A DNA stretch of 64,000 nucleotides from Vicugna vicugna (GCA_013265495.1 MU058687.1:2544001-2608000); one strand, 5' to 3'. Positions 51,883-63,832 are shown, counted from the first letter of the stretch. Notes: a model not told the origin generated them from the letters alone. A program made the numbers and translations.

Positions 51883-53189
51883 GGCAGGGGGCAGTGCCCC
51901 AGTCTCGCCCACTTCTAGGGGCCAAGATCCACCCGCCAGAGCCAGCCCAGCACCTGGGGAAGGCGGGGCTGACGACAGGGCAGGGCGAGGGGCAGCACCA
52001 AGAGCCTATCCCAGCTCAGCCACCCCAATTGCTGCCCCTCCCACTGGGCCATGCCCCCTAACTTTGGACCCAGAGGCAGTTAAGAGTTTAATTTGGAGTT
52101 TTTAACTCAACAACTAAAGTCTAAGGTATTTGGGAAAAAGTTAAAACTAATGGATCTGCCAATGGCTGGAAGGCTAATTCTTAGATCAGAGTGCCACAGG
52201 GCTGGGTGAGGAGGGGTTGCTGGCTCTGCTGGTAGCCCTGCCCCTGAGGGCTCTCTGAGATTTGGGTCCATCCTATCTATGGGGACCCTCCCAGCTCCGC
52301 TGGGCCTGTGGCAGGACAGGGAGAGGGCTGTCGGTGTTTCTCCAGTCCTGCCTGCCCTGGCAGAATCTTGACCCAGGGAAAGGGAAGCAGGGTAGGAGCA
52401 GTCCTGGGAAAGGTCTGTGTCATCCATATCAGAAGTGTCGCACAGGCCGCATCTATCCCAGGAGCCAGAGCCTGTGGCCCAGGGGGGCCCTCATGCCCTT
52501 GTGGCCCCACAGACAGCGCTTTGTGGGCCGACACTACCTAGTGGCAGGGCCCGTGCTGGGCCCGGCTGTAGGAGAGCCCAGGAGAGGCTCCCTGGGGGAA
52601 GTTCCTGGGCCCCTACCTAGTCTCCTTACTCAGCCCAGCTCTGTCTGATGCTCAAGCTAGGACCTGCCTGCAGAGGGGCTGGGCTTTGCCAAGGACCCAG
52701 AAGTGCACTGGGCTCAGCAGGACTGGGGATTAAGCAGGAGCCACAGTTGGGAAAGAAGTAAAACATTCAGGCCTGGGTCTGTCCCTCCCCCCAGCAGTCC
52801 CTGGGGGTGGCCTCTGCTGCTTACCCCTCCCTGTTGTTCAGCCCTTGCTGGGGAAATGAGGACCAGACAAGGATGCCTTGCCCTGGGCCCACCTGCCTCA
52901 TTTAGCAGCCTGCTTAGGTGCAGTGGGCCTAGTGATGAACAGCCGTTGTACATGGAAGCTCACCAGGGAAAAAGCCTGAACAGCTGGAGTCTACGCAGCC
53001 TGCCTGGCTGGCATAGGATACCTGGCGGGCAAGTGAGAGGTGGAGAGAGACTGGCAGCACTGGGGGAAGGTGCTGGAAGCTCAAACAACGAGGAGGTGGA
53101 GGCAAGGGGGCAGTATGGCCACTGAGGAGAGGCAAAGCCGGAGAACTGGGGTGTGTATGTGAGAAAAGGACGTGGGGGAGAGTTTAGAA

Positions 53190-53715
53190 TCAGACTGCCT
53201 TGGGGAGTAGTGAGTTCCCCATTGCTGGAGGTATTCAAGCAGAGGCTAGATGGCTGCTTGTCAGGAAGGTAGAGAGAGGATTCAGGTTATAGTAGGATAC
53301 CTGGATGAGATGACCGTTGTGGTTTCTTAATACTGAGAGGTTATGATTATGATTCATCCAAGGGCAGCTGTCAGTAAGGCTGCAGAGGGGCTGAGGGCCT
53401 GAGGGCCTGGGAAGGGGAGGATCAGAGCCGGAGTTGTAAACTCAGATGCCTCCAGGGCCAGGCAGGTGATTTAAAGGAGGGCTGCAGGGCTGGGTGGGGA
53501 CTGTGGCAAACTAAAGAAGACATACATACCCCATTAAAGTAGCCACTGGGGCTCAGCTCTTCTCAGAGTGCAGGCCCTGTGTTGCCAGATTGTCTTTTTT
53601 TTTTTCAGAGGCCAGAACTCTGAATTTCTATGTGATACTTGCTAATTTTTAAATGTTGGCAATCAGTTCAGAAAATTTTAAAACCCAACATGAAAAAGAA
53701 TGGTAGTTTGTAACT
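53190..53715. mobile_element. MIR3 and MER102-like fossils within the VASH1 3' UTR
   Basis: gtagtgagttccccattgctggaggtattcaagcagaggctagatgg (MIR3); gttgtaaactcagatgcctccagggccaggcaggt...ggggactgtggcaaact (MER102-like, with a related piece near 61890). Confidence 0.6.
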
Positions 53716-55902
53716 TCTAAAGTAGGAGAGCTTGTGCTAGGGAGAAGTCCACTTTGAGATACTTTGAGGTGGGAGGTATGAAAGTTCTAGGCTTCACAGA
53801 ATAGGCCGGCCCAGGGCAGGGGCCTCGCTGTGGAGGCTGCTCCCAGAGCAAACGGTGGCCCCACGTCCATCCTCACTCTCCCTGCAGGCTAGAGATGCAC
53901 CAGGAACTCCCTGTGGTTGCTGTGTCACCAGAAGGGGTAGAGTGGAGTAGAAATAATGCAGTTCTCAGCCTGCCAGAGAGATGAGACAGATGGTGCCTGA
54001 GAAGCAAAGCAAGAGGGAGAGAGGGAGACAGGATGCATTTACTGATGTGAATGCCCGTCAGTGACAGCACCAGGGCTGGCAGCTCTTCAAACCAGCAGTT
54101 CTTGGCCCAGAGCCAGGCCCAGCAGAGAAGCCAGCTGGTCAGTCCCTTGGATTTCTCATGGGTCACTGGGCCCTGGGGAGGTGCCTAACCTGCCCCCTGG
54201 GCTACACCCTGGCCAGACCAATCCCAGGGCCATTGTGAGTCCTAACTCACCATCCCATCCCATCCCAGTTTTCAGGGAGAGGGGTGATAAGTCCTCATGT
54301 TCCCACATTCACCTGAGGCAGAGATGGATCCATTTGGGAGGCATGAGGCTGAAAACGAGGCCTTTTGTGTATCTGGATGTGGGTGCCTCGTGCAGACCGC
54401 TCATCAGCAGGTGCCCCAGATGCCCCTGTGGACCACGGGGCTTGAGGGTAAGATGTGAGCGGGAGCTGGGGTCAGGGAGGTGTGCGGAAGCTGCTCCTGG
54501 GACAGGAGCCTAGCAGGATGCTCTGACCCACCAGCTCCTTCCTGAGCCCTCTGGGGAGGAGGACCCCAACCCTGACTGCTGTTAGTGAGAGAGGGAGCCG
54601 ACCACGCCACCTGATAACCCCCTAGCACTCCCCTCTTCCTAGCCGAGACCTCAGGCCTGTGGAGACCCACAGGATACAGGTGCTTTTTAATTTATTTTTA
54701 ACTTTCTCATATGTAGCAACCCCTCCTCCCCTCCTGGGCATGTTTACACAGGCTCTGCTCCCCGGGGCTGGCCTGGCTGCGGAGCTTCTGGGGAGGCAGA
54801 GGCAGGGACTTTGGGGCCTTAGTCACCATCCTCAGTATCACCTCATCTCACTTCCTGTGAGGAACCGAGCCCAGCTCCTCCTGACTCGGGACTGCCTTCT
54901 AACACTCAGCATGGGCCCCTCTGTCCCCAAGGGTAGGGGCTGCTGGCTGAGGACAGGTCAAGGGGAGGTCAGAGAAAGCTGCTTGATGAAGGTGGGTCAG
55001 CATGGGGGTGATTGCTCCCCAAAGCCTGGCTGCCTGTGCTCTGTGCTGGATGCTGGGTCAGAACACTGGGAAACTGAGCTGAGAGCCTTCCCACTCACCT
55101 ACCTGCCAGTCCTCTCCCTCCCATGGCCTCAACACAGTCCTATTCCCCTCTCCCATCCTAACAGCCACCCCGTCCTTCCTGGACATGGCCAAGTCAGGAG
55201 AGCAGCAGCTCTCAGCCCCCCAGGTGCAGTGATGAAGCCTCAGGCCAGGGTTCTGAGAATCAGAAAGCCTGGAGGTTGGCCATGTCTGATTTCTGGCCCT
55301 CTTGGTCATCTCATGCCCTACACCCCTTCCAGCATGGACTTGACTTCCTGGCTCTGGGACAGGGTCTAATTCTGGCTGTTGGTGTGCCCAGAGGCCCATG
55401 TGGGCCTGGGTCTCCTGCATGGGTTGTTTCTGGCTTAGCTGCAGCAGCATCGCAGGCCCACCCCGCGGTCTTGGAGTACAGGGGGTGCAGGCTGGACCTG
55501 GCACGTTGACCATGTTCTTTGTGCCAGAGCCCGGCTGTGCTGAAATCCCCATTTCTCTTACTCCACTGAGACACTGGTGTGGAGGGCGTGGAGGTCCTTG
55601 GAGGAGTGTGGGAGGGGAGGGCTGCAGCAGTGCTAGCTGCGAGTCCATCAGTATTGACCCCCCTCGCCCCATCTCGGTGCTCCGGAGTCCCAAGTTACCC
55701 TTTTCTTTAAGTCTGACAAGAGAAGAAATCGGGTGTACTTGGCCCGGGCGCCTGGTGATGGTGGACGGCCCCCTCCCTCAAGCGTTTGTGTTGGGCTGCC
55801 TGTTGACTGGACTTTATTCTTCCTCTTCTCATATCAGTATTGCCCCTCCCCTTTCACTTTGACACTTCGTCTCATTCCTGTTCTCACTTTTTCCTTGACG
55901 TG

Positions 55903-55908
55903 AATAAA
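55903..55908 (+). terminator. Polyadenylation signal AATAAA for VASH1
   Basis: Canonical hexamer with U-rich upstream sequence and a downstream GT-rich element. Confidence 0.7.
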
Positions 55909-56962
55909 GTCTCCCCAGCTCCGCTTGTGTGGGCTGCGCAGAAACTGCAGTATTAAGCCTTGTCTCCTTCCCTCTGGGTGCTGGGGCTGGAGCCGCCCCA
56001 CTCACCAGGGTCAGCTGGGCAGCTGGGGGAGGGACCTGACCAAAGGTGAGCAGAGCCCCAAACCAGCCAACAGGACACTTTGGAGCCCCTGCAGTCATAA
56101 AACTTCTGGGGTCCCAGACTGTCACCCTCAGCTTGTTGAAGCCACTCCACTCTCATTAATCCTAACCTGGAGCTCTTTCCCACTGGCTGTAAATGACCCC
56201 TTCTCCCTCACACAGCCAGCTCTGCCCCCAGGGGCCCAGGATGCATTCCAGAGCCCTACTCCTATCCTAGCCCCAGGCAGTCCATGGGGAGCAGAGGGGG
56301 AGGGCTGGGTATTCTCCTGGGAGATGAGACTATTTCAGGAAACCATAGCAACAGGGAACTGAAGGCCCCTCTCCTCACAGTTGCCAGTGCCGAATCAATG
56401 GTGGTTAAAGCCACAGCTTTGGAAAGCACCCCTGGTCCCACCTGTTACATCCCTTCTACCTCTGCATTGTTCCTCCAGCTCTGGACCTCTCCCCATGCTT
56501 TAAGGCAAGTCCAAACAGTTGAAACCAGACCTGCAGAGAAATATCTTTTAGACCCCACAGCACTTTTTACCTTTAACTCTTCCTTCCCACTTCCCTGCTC
56601 TCCTTTCATTCAGCCTGAGAGTAAAACCTAAGCTTGTAAGAGGAGGGAGTATATTTCCTACTTTTTATCCCAGCCAATCCCCGTAAAGTCCTGACTAGAA
56701 GTACAGTTTAGCACAGTAAGAGTCCCTCACTTTCAGGGCGTGGTGGTGAGGCGTGGCCACTGGGAAGAGGAGAGGTGGTCATTGGAATCCATGAATGTCT
56801 TGGACTGTATACCATTAAATAGAGGCAGTTATGCTATTTATAGATTCATTTAAATCCAGCTTAAACAATACCAAAAAACAGCTTTCAATAAAGGTAACCC
56901 AGAGTTTTTGAATAACTTGGACTATACACCTTTACACAAAGGCAGTGTTAAATTTACACTTT

Positions 56963-57089
56963 CGGGGTGGGGGGTATAGCTCAAGTGGTACAGCACATGC
57001 TTAGCATGCACAAGGTCCTGGGTTCAATCCCCAGTACCTCCTCCAAAAAATAAACAACTAAATCTAATTACCTCCCCTTCAAAAAAAAA
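56963..57089 (+). mobile_element. tRNA-derived SINE (camelid Vic-1 type), full length
   Basis: A box TAGCTCAAGTGG, B box GGTTCAATCCC, poly(A) tail; perfect 13-bp TSD aaatttacacttt at 56950-56962 and 57090-57102. Confidence 0.92.
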
Positions 57090-58033
57090 AAATTTACACT
57101 TTAAGTCCCACTAAAGTACCAGGTAAAGGGCCTTGTGGCTTGGCTTCAGTGAGATGGGCTTATACGTGGTGGGCCCCTGGACTGCTCTTGTACAAACGAG
57201 GGCTGGTTAAGTGCTACGGCGAGTCTGTCACGAGTCAACTAGGCTCACCGCGGACACCACTTAGCCACTTTTTTAGAATTGATGCAGAGGTTAAGTGCCA
57301 TTTTGGACTCCTGCGAGGGCCAGAGCCCAGCTTACCAGGGGGATTACCTACCCCATTTCCTTCTGCTCCCTTCTTCCACGCTCACAGCATGCGCCTGCCT
57401 AATTTAGGCACATGACTGATATGGGTTGGACCCGTGGATGCTGTGGCACCTCTCAGAGGGCACGAAGAGGTTGAAGCTCTGCGCCGCATCTGCCAGGATC
57501 TGACATCTTGACCACTACTGTGAAGGGCAGTGACAGGAAGTGATGGTCATACCGAAGACCAAGCCAACTGGCCAGGATGCGAGCTGCCTGGTAAGCCTTA
57601 CAGTGTCTGCAAAGGGGGTGAGGGGCCCGCTGAGGCCTGGCAGGTGGTGGTGATGGGCCCCCTCAGGTGTGCTGAGGGACAGTCCACATGGGAATGTGCA
57701 CTCCCTCCAGCACCCAGCCAGAAAGGACTCAGTCGTGGGAAAGACAAAACCCCCAAGAATGTTAAGTGTGGAGACTCCACCCTTCTCCACAGTTGCATAA
57801 GGGCTCGGGCCTTCTGGGCACAGGAGCTGACTAGGGATGGGGCCAAAAGTCGGAGTTCCCTTCCAAACGCATTGAGGTCACACTCTCCTAACCCCAGCGA
57901 GATCTGCACCTTACCAGGCTCTCATCTGGCTGGCCCTTGCCTGGGACAGTTTTGTTTTGCCCATTTGTTGGGGAGAGAAACAGCAGGAGTGGTGCACCTG
58001 GACGAGTGTGGAACTGTAGGGCCACAGGGCGGT

Positions 58034-58049
58034 TCTCCCCCTGGTGGCA
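58034..58049 (-). promoter_or_regulatory. CTCF-like motif (TGCCACCAGGGGGAGA on the - strand)
   Basis: Close match to CCACCAGGGGGCGC, lying between the VASH1 and ANGEL1 3' ends. Confidence 0.5.
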
Positions 58050-59632
58050 ACTAGAGGAGGCGGGCCCCTCCTGCTTCCTGGAGAAGAGAAGCCACACTGT
58101 GCTTTGTGTAACCCATCAGGAAACAGTCCTCTAGTTGGTAGCTACACCAGGGCAAGAACTGGAGAGAAGAACAAAACAGGATTTAAAAACAGAACAACAA
58201 GCCAGCAGTGGTCTGGTTAGTCATTTCCCTTCTCCCAGGCCCAGGCCCAGGCCCAGTTATCTGCCTTACAGGACAACCTCTCTCCTACTCCCAGAAAAGG
58301 CTGTGTTCTGAGGAGCTAGGGTGGCAAGAAATAAAGCAAAGGAGATTCTCAGTTTACCTCTTTGGGGTCTCCGTTTCCCCAGATGTAAAGGTAAGATATG
58401 AACACCTGAAAAGCAACCTCATAGTGCCACTGTCTAGTGACAGTGGAAGTGGAGGTGCTCTGGAAACCATTCATCAAAGTCCCAGGCACATGCTGTGTGA
58501 CTCACCCACTGGGAGGAAGCCCTCCAGGCCAGGAAAGGGGTCTCTGGGGATGCACCTCAAAGTTTAGGAGCTATAAAATAATTCCCAGCGGCCAGTTGTT
58601 CAGACTGGGGAGAACTACCCACCTTCACTTCCAATTGTTAGCAGTAATTACCAGTTACTGTAATTACCGACAATACTCTGGGATTTGTAGCATCCCTTGC
58701 TTGTCAAAGCCCAAACAAGTAGTTTCAGATCTGAAACTTCCTTACAAGTGGAAAAGAATATTATTTTAATCTCCATTTCACCAAGATATGTGAACTGAAA
58801 CATAGGGAGGGGTTAACTTACCCACAGTCACCAAGTGACCTGGTCAAGATGACAAGTGGTGTTCCTAATCCCTGGCTAAATTTTCATTCTGCTGAATCCC
58901 AACCCAGGTGGTTCAACTGCTACCCAGGTAGCTTTAAATAATCCAGATTCCCAGACACTGATTCCGAGGTGTGGGATCTGGGACTCTGTTCAGGTAAGGT
59001 AGAAAACCACACTTGGTCTCAGGGCTTTTTCCCACAGACACAGGGGCTTGGACTTGCTGAATAAGAGGCTGGAGGAAGGCAGAAGTCCCAGCAGAGTAAG
59101 GCCCAGGAAGGAAGAGAAACCCTTCCAGCAACAGATGGCCCACAGCTCAGCCCTGGCTCCAGAATGCAAGAGATGATTAGAAATAGACGCGCAGCAAGAG
59201 GCATCTGCCACACACATCATGACTCATGCAGCTGCTGAAGCTTTGACCGGGAACACACTTCACGCCCCGCTTTTGGCACAGACCCTCCTGAAATGCAGCT
59301 CAGTTCAGACAGGGGAGGTATGGGGGCAGCAGATGGAGGAAGAATGAATGCAGCTCAAAGCGCTGTTTTCCTCTAGCTCGGCGAGGATGGAAAAGAGAGA
59401 TGTCCCCAACAGGGCAGGAGGCTTTGCTCAAAGCCCTGTTCCTCCCAGGCCACAGAGCAGTGGGCACCTGCCTATTACCAGAGGGAGATGGCAACCCATT
59501 TCTCTGGTCTAGATCTAGGATAAGAGGCTCCACCCCAGGATCAGTCTCTTCCTCTCTGCCCACCTCATTCTCCAGGTCTTCCCTCTCCCACATCCTAATA
59601 AAATGACCAACAGTTAGGGGGAAAGGAAAACC

Positions 59633-59638
59633 TTTATT
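59633..59638 (-). terminator. Polyadenylation signal AATAAA for ANGEL1 (3' UTR about 59615-61532)
   Basis: TTTATT on the + strand, about 1.9 kb beyond the ANGEL1 stop, in a context that is U-rich on the - strand. Confidence 0.7.
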
Positions 59639-61532
59639 TGGAAAAGAGAGTTCAAGTAACCATTTAAAACCCCTTTCATTTCCAAAACAAACAAATAACA
59701 AGGAAAAGATCATCTATCAAGCTCCTGTCCTCTGCCATATTTAGCCATTTTTAAACTACATTTCCTGGCAGAAGAGAAGAGTGATGAGCCCTAGGAACCA
59801 ATAGGGCACTATCTTGAGATCATCTCAGGAGATGCCCAGGGAAAGACAAACAGTGGATGGTGGGATGTGGACAGACAGGCCTGGGGCTCAGACAGGCACA
59901 TGCCCAGTACCCAGGAAACAATGTTTAAAAATATACATGCATAGATAAATTCCCCAGAACCTAGGCATGGAAAGCTTATAACCACGAATGCAGCAGCAGA
60001 ATTCAAGCTGGTTCTTTGGCTCTCAAAAAAAAAAAAAAAGAGAGAGAGAGAAAACATTAACCTCTGGCTAACTGTCCCTAACTCCAGCCATTCCCTCCAG
60101 TCCCTTTCTGGAGGCTGAGTGGGCCAACAGCAAGTCAAATCTGCAGGGCCAGCAGCTACTCTGCATTTTGGCAGATGTGAGGAGGAGCTGGCCCAGGAAC
60201 ACCCAAGACCACACCCAGCAATAAAAGATTAAGGCATGCAGGTGACGTGTGTGTGCCAGGAGAGGGAAAGCAGAGGCAGCGAGCAGCCACGGCACTGCCA
60301 GCTGGAGCCAATCCTCAAGCACCACCACCTCAGTTCTTGGGCTACTTTTGCCCAAGGCTACCTTTCTGCTGAGAAGGCTTAACCTGAGCTAAATACCAGG
60401 CTTTTCTAGGGGAAAAAAGGAAGGGAATGGAGGAGGCAGCAAAAGTAAAAAGCAGGGGGAGCAGAGGAACAGAGAACCGCGGCCGAGGTGTGCGGAGGCA
60501 AGAGAACAAGCCCCTGAGGTCCTGAGCTCCAGCTGAGGCCGCTGCAGCACCTGCCACTCTCCCCCTACTGGGACCCCCACCTTTGCCCAGGCCTGCGGGC
60601 TGCAGGGCCCTGGAAGACAGGAGTCTCCTGACAGGTCTTTATCCTCATCCTTAAAGAATTTTGAACATCATACCACTATCCATGTCCACTGACACCCCCC
60701 CCCCCACAGGAGTTCAAACTTTTGCCTTCCACAGGGCAGCCTGGGGAAAGGGACGAGCCCTAGAGAAAGCATGCCAGGCCTGTGGGGAGCTCTGGGTCAG
60801 AGGCTCGGAGGCTGCTGGGGCAGGGAGTACATCCCTGGATCTGCTGCTCCAGGTCGTGGGGCCTATTTGTTCCCAGATGAGTGTGCCCTGTTTGGCAGGA
60901 TGAACACCTAATGAAACAGAAGGTAAAAGGAGAGAAGGGGCCCATGTCCCTCCTGCTGCCTGGTGGCACACAGCTACCAGATTGTGCCTTCCGCCTGCCC
61001 CTAGGCCGACAGCCCTAGTATGGTAAGCGGGCTAGTCAGAGGCAGGCATGGCCACAGAGTAGTCCCACCCTCAGAGGACGCATACACATGACACACATCT
61101 CACATGTGTACGTCTGGCAAGAGGGCTGGGCCCAGAGGTCTCAGGCAGGGAGAAGGTCGGGTCAGAAGGCACCACCAAGAAACCACCTGAAAACAAATAA
61201 TCAATGAGATCAATAGCTCCCGCAACCCTGGTAATTAAAAATCAAGGGGGAGTGCTGGATACATGGAAGGAAGGGGGAACCTCCCCTTCTGCCTCTCCCA
61301 GGGCCACCAAGTATGTGGCACAGGATTAGGAAGAGGTTGGGGCAGAGCAGGGACCACAGGCAGAGAATGTGGACAGGCCTGGAGAAAATCTAACCATGGG
61401 GAAAAGGGAACAAAGAGGGGAAGGGGAAGGGACATAAGTGTCTTGGATCTAAGTTTCCAGAAGCATGGGGTATTTCCACAGTCTCTGATCCTGTGAGCTC
61501 TTCTGGAAAAGCTCTCTTGCCCTGGGAGCCCG

Positions 61533-61693
61533 TCACAGGGCGGTGACTTCCATCCCGAAGCTGGCCAGTAGGCAGAGGTGGTCTGAAGAGCAGAAGGGGT
61601 TGGGTAAGCCATTGGCAGCCCAGAGAATCTCTTCAGAGAGGAGGGAGAGACGGCCCAGGAGCTTGAGAGTTCCATCCTGATACAGCCTGCGAT
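61533..61693 (-). CDS. ANGEL1: ANGEL1 last coding exon (DRRLYQDGTLKLLGRLSLLSEEILWAANGLPNPFCSSDHLCLLASFGMEVTAL*)
   Basis: CAG acceptor; GLPN and SDHL motifs typical of CCR4/Angel EEP hydrolases; TGA at 61535-61533. Confidence 0.94.
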
Positions 61694-62404
61694 CTGGAGC
61701 ACAAAGCAGAAGCCCGTGGGTAAAGCAGCCACAGCCACACTGTGCAGGGCGGGCGGGCCCTGTGTGAGCTATGCCTTGTGGAGCCTCAGCCCCTGGGCTG
61801 CCCCCACCCCCTTGTCTCCTGCTGCCTCTGGCTGAGGCCTCATTTTCTCAGATACTCCGTGACATATCAATGAATGAAGCAGACTGGTTTCAGGGGGACT
61901 GTGGCAAACTAGAGAATGCATGCCCAGGCGCAGCATTCCAAACATTCTGGCTTTCCAAGAGAAGCTGCGAATCCAGATTTTCTATATAAAATCTGATTTT
62001 TAAACATAAAATTCAAATACATTGAAAGACATGCTTTACACAAAACAGGCATGGGGCTGATAGACTGCTACTCTGTGACTACAGTGTGGGGTGAGAAGAC
62101 AGGAAATAACGTCTCTAACCTAACTAAGTCCCTCACTAACCACCTGCCACTGAACAAATCCGATCACCCCCTGGTACTCTAGTTTCCTCTCTGAATTAAA
62201 GGGAGGGCTTGTTCTGCTCACATCTCTCTAATGCTACAAGGATAAAGATAGAAGGTAAGCACGTGTCAAGTAGGTATGAAATCTGCTCCTTAGCTGGTCA
62301 GACCCCAGCAGCCCAAGCCATGTGCCCAATGTCTGACCTACCATCAGCTGTTCCCAGGGACTTTTGGGGGTAGCTTCTGGGAACCCAGGATCCACCAGGC
62401 TTAC

Positions 62405-62568
62405 CAGTTCTGTTTCCATTCTCACAGGACTCAGCCGAGAAGAAGATGTAATCTACTGTCATTCCAAGACCCAGGGGCATTGTGGTGATCTCTGGGCGGC
62501 CATGCTGGGGCAGGAAATGAGTATATACTGAGGTCAGGTGGAGGCAGTGCTGGATGGTGCCTACAGTC
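62405..62568 (-). CDS. ANGEL1: ANGEL1 penultimate coding exon (TVGTIQHCLHLTSVYTHFLPQHGRPEITTMPLGLGMTVDYIFFSAESCENGNRT)
   Basis: 164 nt; CAG acceptor and GTAAGC donor; EEP-family VDYIF motif. Confidence 0.93.
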
Positions 62569-62815
62569 CTGCAGGGATAGAGGGAAAGATGTTAGTCAGC
62601 AAAACATTATTGAACTTTTCCCTGTGGGTTTTAATAAGTTTTTAAAGGGATGAGCCCAAATAACTAAATCTCAGCAAATTCTTTCCCATGCTAATAAGAG
62701 GCTAACAGTCTTAGCTAGAACTAGCCTAGAAACAGACACACTTACATGCAGTCTTGCTGACATCCCTCACTCTGCACTCTCTTGCTACCTGGTGCAGTGT
62801 ACCTAAAGTACTCTT

Positions 62816-62854
62816 TTTTTTTTTTTACATTTTTTATTGATTCATAATCATTTT
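62816..62854 (-). mobile_element. Extremely truncated L1 3' tail (39 bp) in an ANGEL1 intron
   Basis: 12-bp TSD taaagtactctt at 62804-62815 and 62855-62866; on the - strand the insert reads aaaatgattatgaatcAATAAAaaatgt followed by poly(A). Confidence 0.8.
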
Positions 62855-63125
62855 TAAAGTACTCTTGTCTGTGCGTCAGCAAGCTCTTCTGTGAGGTCTT
62901 ACTCCCTAAGGAAAAGTGCATGGGCTTTTCATCTGCAAGAACTTGGATGGGTCACCTCTGGCCTCTGCACACCTGTATGCCCCTCCATAACCTTAGCAGG
63001 TATTAGGGGAAAAGAGGGCTCAGCAAAAAGTGTTGCCCCAAATCAGCCCCAGAAAAGCCAACAGGAATCTCTCTAAGATGCCTAAATGGGGTTAGAATGA
63101 AAGCAGAAAGGAACTGGAAGATTAC

Positions 63126-63195
63126 CTGGGGAAGTCATGCTCAGGCTCCGATGTGTCTTCCTCAAGGACAGACTCAGCCCAGCCAGCAGGTCGCT
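63126..63195 (-). CDS. ANGEL1: ANGEL1 (CCR4/EEP-family protein angel homolog 1) third-last coding exon (ERPAGWAESVLEEDTSEPEHDFPR)
   Basis: Minus-strand pyrimidine tract plus AAG acceptor; 70 nt; donor AG|GTAAT; joins the next exon in frame. Confidence 0.88.
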
Positions 63196-63627
63196 CTTCA
63201 GAAGACAGGAGAGAAAGGGTTTTATCAGTCACAGACGGTGAAGCAGGGTCAGAACCTTGCACCCTAAAATTCCGCTCAAATCCTGGACTGGACTGCTCCA
63301 GAAAGGAAAAGGGAAAGAGAAAAGGTGAGAGGAGGGAACAATGGACCAAGCCAAGAACTCAGGAAGCAGACAGAAGCCTCTAACACAGACATGTCTTCCT
63401 TGGCTCAGCATCTTTTTTTTTTAATTAAAATTTATTCTTTAGAATAGATAATACAAAAGAGGGAGAAGAAGAAAAGAATAGGTTGCACAGTACAAAAATC
63501 AAAATGTAGAGAAAAATACCAGTGAAAAGTCTCCCTCCCACTTCTGGGCCCCTGCCACTCAATTATCTTCTCCAGAGGCGACAAATGTTACCAGATTCCT
63601 GCTGTATTCCTCCACCAGGAATTTTCT

Positions 63628-63756
63628 ATCACACACACACCGTCGATTGTGTGTGTATACATATCTATGTATGTATGCATATATATGTCTGCCACACACA
63701 TACACATATATGTATGCATATTTACACATACATATATTTATACAGACACATACACA
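63628..63756. repeat. Degenerate (CA)/(TA)/(TG) low-complexity repeat within old L1 sequence
   Basis: Directly visible alternating purine-pyrimidine tract. Confidence 0.8.
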
Positions 63757-63832
63757 AAGAAAAAAGACACACATTACCAATATCAGAAGAGAAAAAAGGG
63801 ATATTATTACAGACCCTACTGACATTAATAGG

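Larger units (their letters stand above)
51883..55930 (+). other. VASH1: VASH1 3' UTR (~4 kb; 3' end approximate)
   Basis: Runs from the stop codon to the first clear AATAAA I found (55903-55908), which is followed by a GT-rich element (cttgtgtggg). Confidence 0.7.

Noticed and set aside
51880..51890. Stop-codon readthrough or selenocysteine recoding at the VASH1 TGA
   Set aside because: The context is TGA-GGC rather than TGA-CTAG, the GYQIRV terminus is the conserved end, and I recognised no SECIS element.
54659..55862. 236-aa, 211-aa and 154-aa ORFs in the VASH1 3' UTR
   Set aside because: No recognisable homology, GC-rich context and no supporting exon structure; likely chance ORFs.
56963..57040. 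tRNA gene
   Set aside because: It has A and B boxes but also a SINE body, poly(A) tail, TSD and two diverged paralogues in the window; I could not form a convincing cloverleaf.
63196..63349. Upstream extension of the ANGEL1 exon suggested by ORF 63122-63349
   Set aside because: A clear pyrimidine tract and AG acceptor sit at 63196-63220, and the upstream translation does not match ANGEL1.
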